DNA from: an uncultured delta proteobacterium
Lineage (GTDB): Bacteria; Desulfobacterota; Desulfobacteria; Desulfobacterales; Desulfosalsimonadaceae
Direction of reading: 5' to 3'
NCBI GenBank assembly: GCA_963826785.1
Contig: CAWGYD010000001.1
Location: 224,001 to 288,000, forward strand
Length of the DNA stretch: 64,000 bases
The notes under the pieces were generated by a model. That model did no database searches and was not told where the DNA came from. It saw only the letters and a program-made list of their open reading frames with translations. Position numbers and translations under genes: made by a program. Below are positions 20,381-31,423 of this stretch, in pieces (the first letter of the stretch is position 1; every line of letters begins with the position of its first letter).

Positions 20381-21730
20381 ATGAAAAAGGTACTCCTCTT
20401 CTCAATTCTGCTTTTGCTCGGCTTGATCGGGTCGCAGTGGCTGCCGGCCTATATCGGTCCCGGGTACGCCAGGGTGGCCGACGTCGTCCGGATCCTGACC
20501 ATGGCAGGTCTTTCATTTATCATGATCCGGGTCGGCTATGAGTTCGACATCGATAAGACCAATCTTCGGCAATACGGCTGGGATTATTTCGTCGCTTTCA
20601 CGGCAGCAAGCTTTCCCTGGGTCTTCGTCACACTTTACTTCGTATTCGTTCTCCTTCCGCCGGAGGCCTGGGGCACCCTGGCCGCATGGCAGGAGACGCT
20701 GCTGGCGGGAAGATTTGCAGCGCCGACGTCGGCGGGTGTGTTGTTTTCCATGCTCGCTGCGGCCGGACTGGGCGCGACCTGGTTGTTCCGAAAGGCCCGG
20801 GTCCTGGCAATCTTCGATGACCTCGACACCGTGCTGCTCATGATTCCACTCAAAATGCTGATGGTTGGAGTGGCCTGGCAGCTGGGTCTGATTGTGGTCG
20901 TCATGGCCGGCATGCTCTCAGCGGCCTATATATTTCTGCATAAGATCCGTATCCCGGTAACCTGGCCGTGGGTTTTGGGGTACGCCGGGGTCATCACCGG
21001 GCTCAGCGAGGTAGTCTATCAGGGTACCAAACTCATAGACGAATCGATCCCCATTCACATCGAGGTGATCCTGCCGGCATTCGTGCTCGGCTGCGTCATG
21101 GCTTACCCGAAGGCACACGCTGTCGAATCACCGGTACGGGGCGACAACCATGATGGTCATGAGGCGATAAACACACCTCAGGAACAGCATGTCTCAACGA
21201 TTGTCGCGGCTGCTTTCATGGTACTGGTCGGATTGTCGATGCCGATGATACCGAGGGGCGGCTCTGCCGTTCTAGCTGGAGCTCAGACTGAACAGGTGGA
21301 ACTTTCACTGCGGGGCGCCGGAAATCCTTCCGCAGAGGCCGCGGCTGGCGAAGTCGGCTCGGCAATGCAGATCGGTCGTGTCACCGCCGCTCAACCGCCC
21401 ATGGGCTGGGCTCAGATCGTGCTGCACGTTCTTGTCATCACCATCATCTCCAACATCGGCAAGATGTTTCCTGCGTTTTGCTACAGGAAAGAGGCGCACT
21501 GGCGCGAACGGTTGGCCCTTGCGATCGGCATGTGGCCCCGTGGAGAGGTGGGTGCGGGCGTGCTGGTGATTTCGCTCAGCTACGGCATCGGGGGGCCTAT
21601 CGTCACCGTGGCCATGCTCAGCCTTGCGGTCAATCTGCTGCTGACGGGAGTGTTCATCTACATCGTTAAACAACTTACGGGTTCATTGCCAGCCTACGGG
21701 CAGCAAACGCCGTCAGAAAGAATGGCCTGA
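20381..21730 (+). CDS. Cation:proton antiporter (Na+/H+ exchanger family)
   Basis: Many transmembrane segments, with PTSAG, AIFDDL and MWPRGEVG motifs. Confidence 0.85.
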   Translation: MKKVLLFSILLLLGLIGSQWLPAYIGPGYARVADVVRILTMAGLSFIMIRVGYEFDIDKTNLRQYGWDYFVAFTAASFPWVFVTLYFVFVLLPPEAWGTLAAWQETLLAGRFAAPTSAGVLFSMLAAAGLGATWLFRKARVLAIFDDLDTVLLMIPLKMLMVGVAWQLGLIVVVMAGMLSAAYIFLHKIRIPVTWPWVLGYAGVITGLSEVVYQGTKLIDESIPIHIEVILPAFVLGCVMAYPKAHAVESPVRGDNHDGHEAINTPQEQHVSTIVAAAFMVLVGLSMPMIPRGGSAVLAGAQTEQVELSLRGAGNPSAEAAAGEVGSAMQIGRVTAAQPPMGWAQIVLHVLVITIISNIGKMFPAFCYRKEAHWRERLALAIGMWPRGEVGAGVLVISLSYGIGGPIVTVAMLSLAVNLLLTGVFIYIVKQLTGSLPAYGQQTPSERMA

Positions 21731-21798
21731 TCTGCCGCCGGCACACCCCCCTATAATTTTCCCTCGGGGGGAGGCCGGGGTGGGTATTGGATACTCGC

Positions 21799-22581
21799 CT
21801 ATTTTTTCTTGCCGGCCCGGAGCTTTTCCAGCAGGGAATCGATACGCGCATGGTTGTCTTCGGAACCGACGTAGGTGCGAAAAAGCCATTCCTGGATTTT
21901 CATGGAGCTGTCCAGGCTGTTGTGCAGCAGTTCGATGGAAAGCTTCTTGGTTTCCACCAGGCAGGTGCGGTCGGAGGCGGCCATTTCAGCGGCAATGGCC
22001 TTAACTTTTTCCACCACCGTGCCTTCCGGGAAGACCTGGCTGACGTATCCGGCGCGAAGCGCTTCCTGTGCATCGATGATTTTTCCGGTCAGCGCCCATT
22101 CCCTGGCCGTGCCCAGGCCGACGACGCGCCACAGCGGATCGAGCAGGGGCGTGAGCGACAGGATGATTTCGCGCTGGCTGAATTTCGCGCGCTCCGAGGC
22201 GTAACGCAGATCGCACATGAGCGTCAGGTCGAACCCCCCGGCCATGGCGGCCCCGCCGACTGCGGCAATGACGGGCTGGCTGCAGAACATGATCGACCGG
22301 TAGGCCCGGTGGAAAAGGGCGGTGAAGGCTTCATTGGCATCCTTGCGCACGGTCTTTAAAAAATCCAGGTCAAACCCGGCCGAGAATATCTTCTCGCCGC
22401 CGGTCAGGATGATCACCGAAACATCCGTGCGAGAATCGAGGTGTTCGAAAACTGCCGCCAGTTCTTCCAGGACATCGGGCGACAGCGCGTTTCCCTTATC
22501 CTGCCGGTTCAGCAATACGGTTGCGACCTGGTTTTCCACATTCACGGACAGGTAGTTCAAAGACGGGACGTTCGGTTCCAT
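21799..22581 (-). CDS. Enoyl-CoA hydratase/isomerase family protein
   Basis: Motifs FSAGFDL, AAVGGAAMAGG and CDLRYAS. Confidence 0.9.
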   Translation of the reverse strand: MEPNVPSLNYLSVNVENQVATVLLNRQDKGNALSPDVLEELAAVFEHLDSRTDVSVIILTGGEKIFSAGFDLDFLKTVRKDANEAFTALFHRAYRSIMFCSQPVIAAVGGAAMAGGFDLTLMCDLRYASERAKFSQREIILSLTPLLDPLWRVVGLGTAREWALTGKIIDAQEALRAGYVSQVFPEGTVVEKVKAIAAEMAASDRTCLVETKKLSIELLHNSLDSSMKIQEWLFRTYVGSEDNHARIDSLLEKLRAGKKK

Positions 22582-22696
22582 GGAAATTCCTTTTCATTAG
22601 ATTAAACAGCAACTTCCTGATTTTTTCCTTTATATCCCATCTTTTTTCACCTGACGCAAGGCCCTTGATGAAACACCTCAGAAGCCGTTTTGGGCT

Positions 22697-23827
22697 TTAC
22701 TGATCGAGTTCGATACGAAGGGACAGGAACTTGAGCAGGTCTTTTAATGAAACCACCCCCGCCAGATGACCGCCTTCGGTGACCATCAGCCGGCTTTTGC
22801 CGCTCCGGTTCATCAGGGAAAGTGCTTTGATCGCATCCGTGTCGGGCTGAATGGTATTGTCCCCGTCACAGGGCGAGGAAATATCCGCCACTCTTTTTTC
22901 ATGCCATTGCGCTTTTGGAATCTCTTTGATCTGCCGGGTGGTGACGCAGCCTTCCACCTTGTCCGCCCCGGAAATCACCGGGTACATTTTGTAATGGTAC
23001 CGGTAGACATAATTTTCCACCAGGTCGTCGATGGTCGTGTCCGGCGAAATGGTGACGGGGTCCGTGTTCATGAAGCGGCGAACGGATTCGCCTTCCAGCG
23101 CCCGGCGGGTCAGAAGCTGTTGGTAGGACATGCTGGCTGCGCTGTACAGGAACATGCCGATGAGGAACCACCACATTCCGCCGATGAAATTGCCGCCGAA
23201 AAGATTGAATACACCGAGAATGATCAAAAAGATGCCGAATGCCGAGCCGATCCGGGAAGAAATGCGGGTCGCCCAGCGCAGGTTGTCTTTGGCGCCCCAG
23301 AGGATCGATCGCAGCACCCGGCCGCCGTCCAGCGGAAAGGCCGGAATGAGATTGAATATGGCCAGGATGAGGTTGATGATGGCAAGGTACTCCAGCACCC
23401 CGTTGACCGGCATGGGAATGGCCGATGCAGTGCCGGCGATGTACATGGCGTAAAACAGGCCCGCGAGTACGAGGCTCGACAGGGGGCCGACGGCGGCCAT
23501 CATGAATTCGGCTTTGGGGCTCTCCGGTTCGTCGGGCATTTCCGCCATTCCCCCGAATATGAAAAGTGTGATGCCTTTCATCTGGATGCCGTACTTCCGG
23601 GCCACCAGCGAGTGGGAGAATTCATGGATGACAATGGAGGCAAACAGGCCCAGTGCACCGATGATGCCCATGCCCCAGTAGGTTCCGGCGGAAAGGCCGG
23701 CAAACTTGAAGGGGAAAAACCCGGTTGACAATGACCAGGCAATCAGCACGGCGATGATGATCCAGGAAAAGTCGATGCGCACCTGGAACCCGAGCAGCTT
23801 GAATAAATTGATCCGTCTTCCAAACAT
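22697..23827 (-). CDS. Site-2 protease (M50) with a C-terminal CBS pair
   Basis: HEFSH, FNLIPAFPLDGGR and two CBS domains. Confidence 0.93.
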   Translation of the reverse strand: MFGRRINLFKLLGFQVRIDFSWIIIAVLIAWSLSTGFFPFKFAGLSAGTYWGMGIIGALGLFASIVIHEFSHSLVARKYGIQMKGITLFIFGGMAEMPDEPESPKAEFMMAAVGPLSSLVLAGLFYAMYIAGTASAIPMPVNGVLEYLAIINLILAIFNLIPAFPLDGGRVLRSILWGAKDNLRWATRISSRIGSAFGIFLIILGVFNLFGGNFIGGMWWFLIGMFLYSAASMSYQQLLTRRALEGESVRRFMNTDPVTISPDTTIDDLVENYVYRYHYKMYPVISGADKVEGCVTTRQIKEIPKAQWHEKRVADISSPCDGDNTIQPDTDAIKALSLMNRSGKSRLMVTEGGHLAGVVSLKDLLKFLSLRIELDQ

Positions 23828-23947
23828 GGGCGCTCCTTTCAGGGCACGGTTTCATTCAATTTCAAATCTGATGAACTCGTAAAAAGCATCGCACTGCTGA
23901 TTCCGATGCAAGAGAACCCAGCCGCTGTCCGGCGGGTTTCGTATTTC

Positions 23948-24535
23948 TTACGTCAGATGGTATGCGCCGGCCCCGAACGCGATGACCAGAAAGATCGTGG
24001 CGAGCAGGGCGATCAGTCCATCCCGGGCGGTCAACGACAGGCCGAAAGCGGTCAGTGCGACGCCCGCGATATTGGCGCTGAAGGGCACCATTTCCATAAG
24101 CGGCATGACGGCGGCCACCAGGATGCATATCATGGCAATGGCGTAGCTGCCCAGATCCCGGGTCAGCATGGTCAGCCGCGGTTTGGAGAAGCGGTCCAGG
24201 AAGCGGGCCACGGGCCGCAGCCAGCCGATCGTCCTGCAGAACCGATCCTGGCGGATGGACCGCGCAAGCATCCATTGGGGAAGCCAGAGATGGTCCCGGC
24301 TGAACAGCAGCTGTCCCGCAGTCAGCACCACGATGGCGGCCATGATCGTCGGCACACCCGGGATATCCCCCAAAAGCGGTGCAAGCGTGATTAAGCCGGC
24401 CAGAAGGAGGATCGGACCGAAGGACCGGCTGCCCAGCGTCTCCAGAATTCTGCCGATGGAAACCCGGTCTGTTTCCCGGGCCGCCTGTTCCGTCAGATCC
24501 AGGAGTTCCTCTACGCTGGTGGGTTCCGGGTCCAT
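23948..24535 (-). CDS. ExoD family (exopolysaccharide synthesis) membrane protein
   Basis: Motifs GSRSFG, DIPGV, LWLP, PRL and ARDGL. Confidence 0.85.
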   Translation of the reverse strand: MDPEPTSVEELLDLTEQAARETDRVSIGRILETLGSRSFGPILLLAGLITLAPLLGDIPGVPTIMAAIVVLTAGQLLFSRDHLWLPQWMLARSIRQDRFCRTIGWLRPVARFLDRFSKPRLTMLTRDLGSYAIAMICILVAAVMPLMEMVPFSANIAGVALTAFGLSLTARDGLIALLATIFLVIAFGAGAYHLT

Positions 24536-24536
24536 G

Positions 24537-25055
24537 TCAGGCGGCTCCCGGCTGCCGGATGTTTTCCAGGGCGGATGCATCCCCGGCCGCCGATTTTGAA
24601 ATCACGCTTAAATTGCCGTTGGTCTCGAGCACCACAAAATCGACCCCATCGAGGGACGACATTCCCTGGCTGCGGATGGCCTGGAGGATTTCTTCCCGGC
24701 TCACCCGTTCTTCTTCCATGGCCGTTTCCAGAAAATTTCCCCGCTGAAACAAGAGGCGCGGATCGGACTTGATCACCTCCTTAGACCATTTTAACTGGGG
24801 TGAATAGCGGGCGACGATCAGCTGCAGAAAAATCAGGAGGCCAAGGGCGAGAACTCCGTCTGTCAGCCCGATGTTTGTGCTCAAGATGGTGGTGGCCAGG
24901 GTGGAGCCGAAAGCCACGGTGACCACGAAATCAAAGGCATTCAATTGGGAAAGCGTCCGCTTGCCCGAGATCCGGAGCATGATCACCAGGGCGGCATAGG
25001 AAAGCGGGGCGATGATGAGTATCCTGAAAATGGTGTTCCAGCTGCTGAAAAGCAT
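24537..25055 (-). CDS. DUF421 (YetF-like) membrane protein
   Basis: Motifs SGKRTLSQLNAFD and VLETNGNLSVI. Confidence 0.9.
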   Translation of the reverse strand: MLFSSWNTIFRILIIAPLSYAALVIMLRISGKRTLSQLNAFDFVVTVAFGSTLATTILSTNIGLTDGVLALGLLIFLQLIVARYSPQLKWSKEVIKSDPRLLFQRGNFLETAMEEERVSREEILQAIRSQGMSSLDGVDFVVLETNGNLSVISKSAAGDASALENIRQPGAA

Positions 25056-25303
25056 CGTTATTCTCCATAATCAAAGGGAAATGGAATTCATTATTCAAAA
25101 ATATGGAAGGCGCAGCTGTTTTTGTCAAATGTGAGTGGGAAAGAGAAGGCAGCTCAAATTCGGCTATCTTAAAAACCGGCGGAAAGAAGATACCCGGATC
25201 ATATTTTCTTTGCTATTTGCCCGGGAATGTCTTTTATTATCCCGTAGTCGTTGCCCGAAGGTTTCTTGCTGATAATTCAAAAAAGATGGGCCTGTCAATC
25301 CCC

Positions 25304-25696
25304 ATGCCGGAAAACCCCAGAGTCTTGATCGTTGATGATGAAGCCAATTTCTGCCGCTCCCTGCAAAAAATCCTGGGGGCCCGGAAAATTTTTGCTTCTG
25401 CGGTGAACCGGGGGGAGGATGCCCTGGAGGCGCTTTCCCGGGATCCCTATGATGTGGTGCTGCTGGATGTGAAAATGCCTGGGATCAGTGGGATCGAAGT
25501 GCTCAAACAGATGAAGGCCAGCGGATGCAAAGCCGAGGTCATCGTCCTGTCGGGCCATGCATCCATGGAAACCGCCCTGGAAATCGTCCAACACGGGGCC
25601 TACGATTACCTGATGAAACCCTGCCAAACTGACGAACTCCTGTTGAAAATTTCCAATGCCTATGAACAGCGCCTGGAAAAAGAAAAGATTCGTTAA
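25304..25696 (+). CDS. Stand-alone response regulator receiver protein
   Basis: Motifs LIVDDE, LLDVKMPG, LSGH and YLMKP. About 130 aa with no output domain. Confidence 0.9.
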   Translation: MPENPRVLIVDDEANFCRSLQKILGARKIFASAVNRGEDALEALSRDPYDVVLLDVKMPGISGIEVLKQMKASGCKAEVIVLSGHASMETALEIVQHGAYDYLMKPCQTDELLLKISNAYEQRLEKEKIR

Positions 25697-25754
25697 TCTT
25701 GTTGCCGGGCAGGCGCCTCCACACAGAAACGATAACTTGTTTTAAGACGGACCC

Positions 25755-28341
25755 TCAATGCGGCCGGCCGGCGGGATCCAGGTGATAGCGGCCCTCGAGG
25801 AAATGGGCCGAGAGCGTTTTGACGCTTTCTTCGGAATTCATCAGCATGTCCATCTGGCGGGTGTAGATAATCAGCCGGCCCAGTAAATCCAGCTTTTCCC
25901 ATGTAATGTCATGCTCCTGCTTGGCCAGGCGGGCATTGACACGATCCCCCTGGACCTCCACCAGGAAACCGCCGGCTTCGAGGACATTCTGGATCAGCCG
26001 GGCCCTCCGGTTGCGCCGGACGTCGTCGGCGGCACCCCCCTTGAACTGAAAATTGATGTAGTTCTTCATGGCCGTCTGTCCGCAGTAACTGTCCAGAATG
26101 CTGTAGTGGTATCCCACGCGGGAGCTGAAATTCAAGTACTTGTCCGAAACAATGGCGTAGCTGCGGTCTCCGAACCGCTCCGTGACGGGATTGGGAGGGG
26201 AGAGCATCTGCTGGCTCATGACGGACAAAAAACCCTTGATGTTGACGGGCCTGGGCTCAAAGGGCTTGAGATCACTGTGAAGCATCCCCGAAAGCAGCGC
26301 CTTGAATGGCGCCGACACCACCTGATCGATTCCGATCTTTGCGGTTTTTTCCGTCATGTTCAGCCCGCCGCCGAGATCGATCACATACAAATCGATGGGA
26401 AGAGGGGCGTCGAGCTTGACCGAAATCCTGCCGTGGTCAGTGGTGAAGTCGCTGATCTGGAAGATCTCGTTATAGGACCACTCATGGGTCAGGCGCATGA
26501 TGTCATGAATGGTCCTGCAGTTTGCGGGGGTGAACTTGCGGGACTTGGGGTGGGTGAGGTTCAGCGGGACGATCAACTGCGAGAGCCTTTGAAGCGTTTG
26601 ATACACGGGGGTGTCTTTCATGAAAGCGCCTCTTTCCCACTGCATTTCCAGCAGTTCGGGGACTTTTCCCGCATAGACCCTGCCGGCAAACGCATCGACC
26701 GTGATGCGCATGCCGGGTTCGATGACGGTGGTGGCGTTTCGGGTGTTCAGTACCGTGGGGACCTTGAATTCCCGTGCCACGGAGGCCATGTGGCCGGTGA
26801 TGCTTCCGGAATTGGTGACCACGGCCTGTGCTTTTTCCATGACGAGGACGTACTGGGGGGAAGAATGCGCCGCCACCAGCACGCCGCCTTCCGGAAACGA
26901 CAGCAGGTCTTTTTCCGAATGGATGATGTGCGCCGGCCCGCAGCCCACTCCGGGGCAGGCGACGCTGCCATTCTCCAGCAGAATGGGATAGCTGGTCGAA
27001 CCGCTGGGTGGAAAAAAAAGCCCCCTTGTCGCCTTCCAGGCGCAGGGGCCGGGTCTGAAGAATTACCGGACGGCCGTCGGCATCGATGGCCCACTCGATG
27101 TCCTGGGGCATTTGGTAGTGCGCCTCCAGTTTCATGGCATAGTCGGTCAGCACGAGGGCCTGTTCTTCAGACAGGCTTGCCGCATCCTGCAGATCGGGAT
27201 CGACGCCCGTTTCCGAAAGATTCCCGTCCGGGAGAGTGACCAGGCGCTTCTCCTTGTGGGATATGACAGATTTTAAGAGCACCGGGGGATTTGTTTTGGA
27301 CACCTCGAAGGTATCCGGCGCAACGGATCCGTCCACTACAAGAGCGCCCAGTCCCCAGGTGGCATGGATGATGAGGCTGTTTTCCATCAGGCGGAAGGGA
27401 TGCCGGGTATAAATGACGCCGCCGGCTTTTGCCGGGATCATCTCCAGGCATCCCACGCTCATGGCGGCTTCTTCGAAGGAAATCCCCATGTGGTGGCGGT
27501 AGGAGATGGCCCGGGGGGTAAACAGGCTGGCAATGACCTCCTTGTATTTTAAAATGATGTCATCGCGCGAAACATTCAGGCAGCTCTGGTACTGACCGGC
27601 AAACGACAGTTCGCTGTCCTCGCCGATGGCGCTGCTGCGCAGCGACACCCGGGCGCTTCTGTCCGGGCTGATCAGCCGGTCACAGGCATCGAAGATCGCC
27701 TGCTCGACCTTGGGCGGAACCTCGGCGGCCAGGAAAATGGACTGGATGTCTTGACTGATGCGCATGATGGATTCCGGATCACTGGCATCGAGCGCCATCT
27801 TGTGCTTGCGGATCTCATCTGACAGATCGTTGTATTCGATCAGTTCATCAAACGCGGTGGTGGTGATGGCAAACCCTTTGGGGATGGGGAGTCCGACCCG
27901 GCTTTTGATTTCACCCAGGTTGGCGTTCTTGCCGCCCACAAAATCGACGCTGTCCTTTCCGATGCGGTCGTAGGGCAGGACGAAATCGATCCCCCGGACA
28001 ACGTTTTTAAGATCGAGCTCCCCGTCGATGGCTTCCCGGATGTGCTTGAGCGTGGCGCTGAGCTCGGGAAATTTCCTCCCGGAAAGCCCTTCGAAACTGC
28101 CGATCATCCGGGCCGTGTGAAAAATCGTCCGGGCCGTTTCGGAGCGGATATACGACATTCCGAAAACATGCTGCCCGGTCAGCTTCTCCTCCATGCCCGA
28201 GATGATTTTCAGCAGCTCGGCATTGGATTCCAGGAGGGCCTTGAAATTGGCGTATTTTACCCGGAAGACATTCATCATCCCGCCCGGGTCCGGCGGCTGC
28301 TTACGGTTTTTCCGGAGCAGTGCGGTCAACCGCCTGAACAT
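25755..28341 (-). CDS. PEP/pyruvate-binding (PPDK/PEP synthase-like) protein, split by a frameshift at about 26990-27020
   Basis: The 5' frame carries VGGKNANLGE, RSSAIGED, SFAGQY, QDIEWA and LQTRPL. The 3' frame carries YPILLENGSVACPGVG and the phospho-His swivel GSITGHMASVARE. Confidence 0.85.
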
Positions 28342-28354
28342 GAGATCCTCCCGG

Positions 28355-30883
28355 CTATTCGCCTTCTATGAGGGTGTAGCGGGTGGCGGGCCCGCTGCCT
28401 TCTTTCCGCAGCACGCCTTTTTTCACCAGGTCCTGCAAATCATATATGGCGGTGCGTGCGGATATGTTCTCGCCCACCCGGGCCTGGTATTCATTGCGGG
28501 TAATCGTCTTTTTGTCCAGAATGTGCGCATACGCCTTCTGCTGGCGGCTGTTCATGGGGATGTCCGCAGGTGCAGAAGCGGGTACTTCCGGGCTGCTTTC
28601 CGGGTATGGCGAAGCGCAATCATCTTCAGTGGATTGAAAAGCCGCATTTTCACCGGCGGCCTGGATCTCTTCCCCGATGAACTGCGATTTTGAATAGCCT
28701 GCGGATTCGCCTTCGAGCAGCACATCACCGGCCTGGATAATGTGAGACTCCGCCATGACCACCGCCCGGGTAATGCAGTTCATCAGTTCCCGGATATTTC
28801 CCGGCCAGTCATACTGTTTCATCTTTTCCAGGGCACCCTTGCTGATGCCCAGGTCCTCCCGGCCGGTGGAATGCTGCAATTGCGTCAGGTAATGATTGAT
28901 CAGCACGGGGATGTTTTCCCTGTGCGCCCGCAGGGGCGGCGTAAAAACCGTAATCACTTTGAGCCGGAAATACAGGTCCGACCTGAATTGCCGGCTGTCG
29001 ATGAGCTGGCGAAGGTCCACATTGGTGGCGCAGATGAGCCTTACGTCCACGCCGTATTCTTTATCCGTCCCCAGGGGCTTTACCTTTCGCATGGCCACCG
29101 CCCGCAGCAGGGCCTGCTGAACGGTAAGGGAAGCCGTCTGGATCTCATCCAGAAAAAGCGTCCCGTGGTCCGCCATCAAAAAGGCGCCTTTCCGGTCTGC
29201 CTTGGCCTCGGTAAAGGCCCCTTTCACATGGCCGAACAGGCTGTCCAGCAGCAGGTTTTCCGCAAGTTCCCCGCAATTGATGGAGATAAACGGCCCTTCC
29301 CCCCGCCCGCTGTGCGCATGAATCGCTTCTGCCGCCAGCTGCTTGCCGGTGCCGGTCTCTCCCATGATCAATACGTCGGCATCGACGCCGGCGGCTTTTA
29401 GAATATCCGATTTAAACCGGTCGATTCTGGGCCCATACCCGATGATTTCGGGCAGGGTGTCGATTGCGGCCGAGGGGGGGCTGCTGTTGAGCCCCGGCTG
29501 AATATCAATCCGCTCTTTGGATTCAACATCCTGTATTTTTAGATCTTTTCTCCTGATTTCAGCAATCTGTGAATTGAGGATCTTCATCATATTGTTGATG
29601 GCATGCTGAAGCAGATTGACCTCGTAAACCGATGTGCGGATATCGATGGGGGCCAGTTTCCGGTTTCTGTGAATGCTGTCCACCGCATCCGTGAGTTTGT
29701 AAATCGGTTGAGTGACCACACGGGAGAAGACGAAGATGATCAAAGATACCGCCAGTATGGTGATAATGGACAGAATCAGCATGATATCCAAATGTCTGTA
29801 TCCGGCGGCCAGGGTAAACCGGGTTCGATCGATATAGGCGACCCCTGCAATGATCCGGCCCTGGAAACTGACCGGTGAATAGGCCAGAAAATAGTTTTTG
29901 ACCTCCGAACCTGTCTGCGATTTCCCCGCCAGTTCGATAGCGTTGAATTTTCCCTCTTTGGTATCGCTTATCATCTTCCAGAATGCCTGAAACTGGGAAC
30001 CGGGCCGAAAGGCGGCCGGGTGTCCCGGCTTTCCCAGGGTGCCGTCGGCATAATCCATTCTGGCCAGATCGGTGGTGAAATCCAGATTTTTTTCCCCGGG
30101 GTCCTCGGATTGAAACAAAATCCAGCCATCCAGGTCATAAAAATAGGCCAGCCGTACTTCCGGGGTGCGCGCAAACGCCCACAACGGGGACTGGGGGGAG
30201 TCATACAGGGACAGGATATTGCGCAGCACCCGGGTATCGACGGACATCAGCAGGAAACCGGAGCGCTCCCCCGATTGGGACGTGCAGGGGGTCCCGAAAT
30301 ATATCACATGTGAACGGATTTTCTGATTCGGGTTTGAAGATATGGGAAAGGGATATTCCACCTCCACGATGTCTGAAATCCAGATTTCCCCCGGTTTTAG
30401 TCGCGCAAGCGGCTCCAGATACAATCCGGGATCGGGATTGACTTCCGGAATCATTGAGGATTCCAGTTCGACAATCTGTTTTTCACCGGCGACGAAATAG
30501 GTATGGTTTTTGTCTTTTTGCGAGATAAAGCCGATTTCGCGAAAATCGATCCCCTCCAGGCGGATAAAATCGGCAAAGTTCTGCCGCAGCTTTGCGCTAT
30601 TTGAATAATTTTGCGCAATAAAAAGCAGGTCCTGTCCGGTCCTTGCAAGAGCCGCCTCGATTTCATGCGCCATGGCTCTTGCCTGAAGCCGCGCGCTCCT
30701 TTCCAGGGCCTGGGTCAAAAATTTTGAAGAGGTGAGGTAGGTAATATAGCCCGTGATGAGCAGAATCAGGATCACCGACGGAATCAGGGTGAAGAGCAGT
30801 TTCGTCCGGAGACTCAACCCGTTCCCGTTTTTGGGCGGGAGGATGAATTCACCTTCTGTAAATTTATCGAAGATTGTCATCAT
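28355..30883 (-). CDS. Membrane-anchored sigma-54 enhancer-binding protein (TM, extracytoplasmic sensor, TM, HAMP, AAA+, C-terminal winged HTH)
   Basis: Two TM helices flank a ~300-aa domain. Motifs GETGTGKQ, GAFTEA, FLDEI and WPGNIREL. C-terminal 'SARTAIYDLQDLVKKG'. Confidence 0.9.
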   Translation of the reverse strand: MMTIFDKFTEGEFILPPKNGNGLSLRTKLLFTLIPSVILILLITGYITYLTSSKFLTQALERSARLQARAMAHEIEAALARTGQDLLFIAQNYSNSAKLRQNFADFIRLEGIDFREIGFISQKDKNHTYFVAGEKQIVELESSMIPEVNPDPGLYLEPLARLKPGEIWISDIVEVEYPFPISSNPNQKIRSHVIYFGTPCTSQSGERSGFLLMSVDTRVLRNILSLYDSPQSPLWAFARTPEVRLAYFYDLDGWILFQSEDPGEKNLDFTTDLARMDYADGTLGKPGHPAAFRPGSQFQAFWKMISDTKEGKFNAIELAGKSQTGSEVKNYFLAYSPVSFQGRIIAGVAYIDRTRFTLAAGYRHLDIMLILSIITILAVSLIIFVFSRVVTQPIYKLTDAVDSIHRNRKLAPIDIRTSVYEVNLLQHAINNMMKILNSQIAEIRRKDLKIQDVESKERIDIQPGLNSSPPSAAIDTLPEIIGYGPRIDRFKSDILKAAGVDADVLIMGETGTGKQLAAEAIHAHSGRGEGPFISINCGELAENLLLDSLFGHVKGAFTEAKADRKGAFLMADHGTLFLDEIQTASLTVQQALLRAVAMRKVKPLGTDKEYGVDVRLICATNVDLRQLIDSRQFRSDLYFRLKVITVFTPPLRAHRENIPVLINHYLTQLQHSTGREDLGISKGALEKMKQYDWPGNIRELMNCITRAVVMAESHIIQAGDVLLEGESAGYSKSQFIGEEIQAAGENAAFQSTEDDCASPYPESSPEVPASAPADIPMNSRQQKAYAHILDKKTITRNEYQARVGENISARTAIYDLQDLVKKGVLRKEGSGPATRYTLIEGE

Positions 30884-30972
30884 TCCAACTTGTATATCAA
30901 TGAATTCGGGTGGGTTGAAATGTCATCGCGCAATAATTGTAAGCCGTTGCGCAAAAGAGTCAATACTTTTGT

Positions 30973-30988
30973 TGGCACAGGAGCTGCA
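30973..30988 (+). promoter_or_regulatory. Sigma-54 (-24/-12) promoter of the DVU0150-like/TSUP operon
   Basis: TGGCAC-AGGAG-CTGCA (GG-N10-GC), divergent from an enhancer-binding protein gene. Confidence 0.8.
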
Positions 30989-31067
30989 TTTCAGAAAGCG
31001 CAACCGGAAAGTCGGACCAGGGGAAATCAAAATAAAATCAAACGATGTGAGAAAAAGGAGGCGCAAC

Positions 31068-31379
31068 ATGAAACAGGTAAAGACGTGGGTTATCATCGGC
31101 GTGCTGCTCGGCTTCGTCCTGCCGGGCATTGCGGCAGCCGGCGGCGGGGCGGCCACCGAACTGGTGGTGGTGGCGGACACCCGGGTTATTCAGGACACCG
31201 GGCACTATCATGCGTTCATGAAATACATGGCGGACGCATACAATTCGAACATTCTGGTGTTCGCCATCTGGTGCACGGTATTGACCGCCTGCTATGGCGC
31301 ATTTCTCGGCTTTGCCATGGACTTTCTCATGTCCCGGACCGGCCTGGATTTGAAGAGCCGTAAAATCATCGAACATTAA
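31068..31379 (+). CDS. DVU0150 family small membrane protein
   Basis: AGGAGG RBS. Motifs 'AAGGGAATELVVVADTR' and 'MDFLMSRTGLDLKSRKIIEH'. Sits next to a TSUP gene. Confidence 0.8.
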   Translation: MKQVKTWVIIGVLLGFVLPGIAAAGGGAATELVVVADTRVIQDTGHYHAFMKYMADAYNSNILVFAIWCTVLTACYGAFLGFAMDFLMSRTGLDLKSRKIIEH

Positions 31380-31423
31380 GCCATCATTTTATGTAATCGA
31401 TTCTTAAAAAGGAGGATGTTCAT

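Noticed and set aside
11673..25100. Genomic island integrated at tRNA-Ala
   Set aside because: No integrase was seen and I found no repeat of the tRNA 3' end in the window.
27012..27019. A8 tract as a phase-variation switch in the PPDK-like gene
   Set aside because: Losing one base would restore the frame, but similar breaks occur elsewhere without homopolymers. Assembly error is the simpler explanation and cannot be separated without reads.
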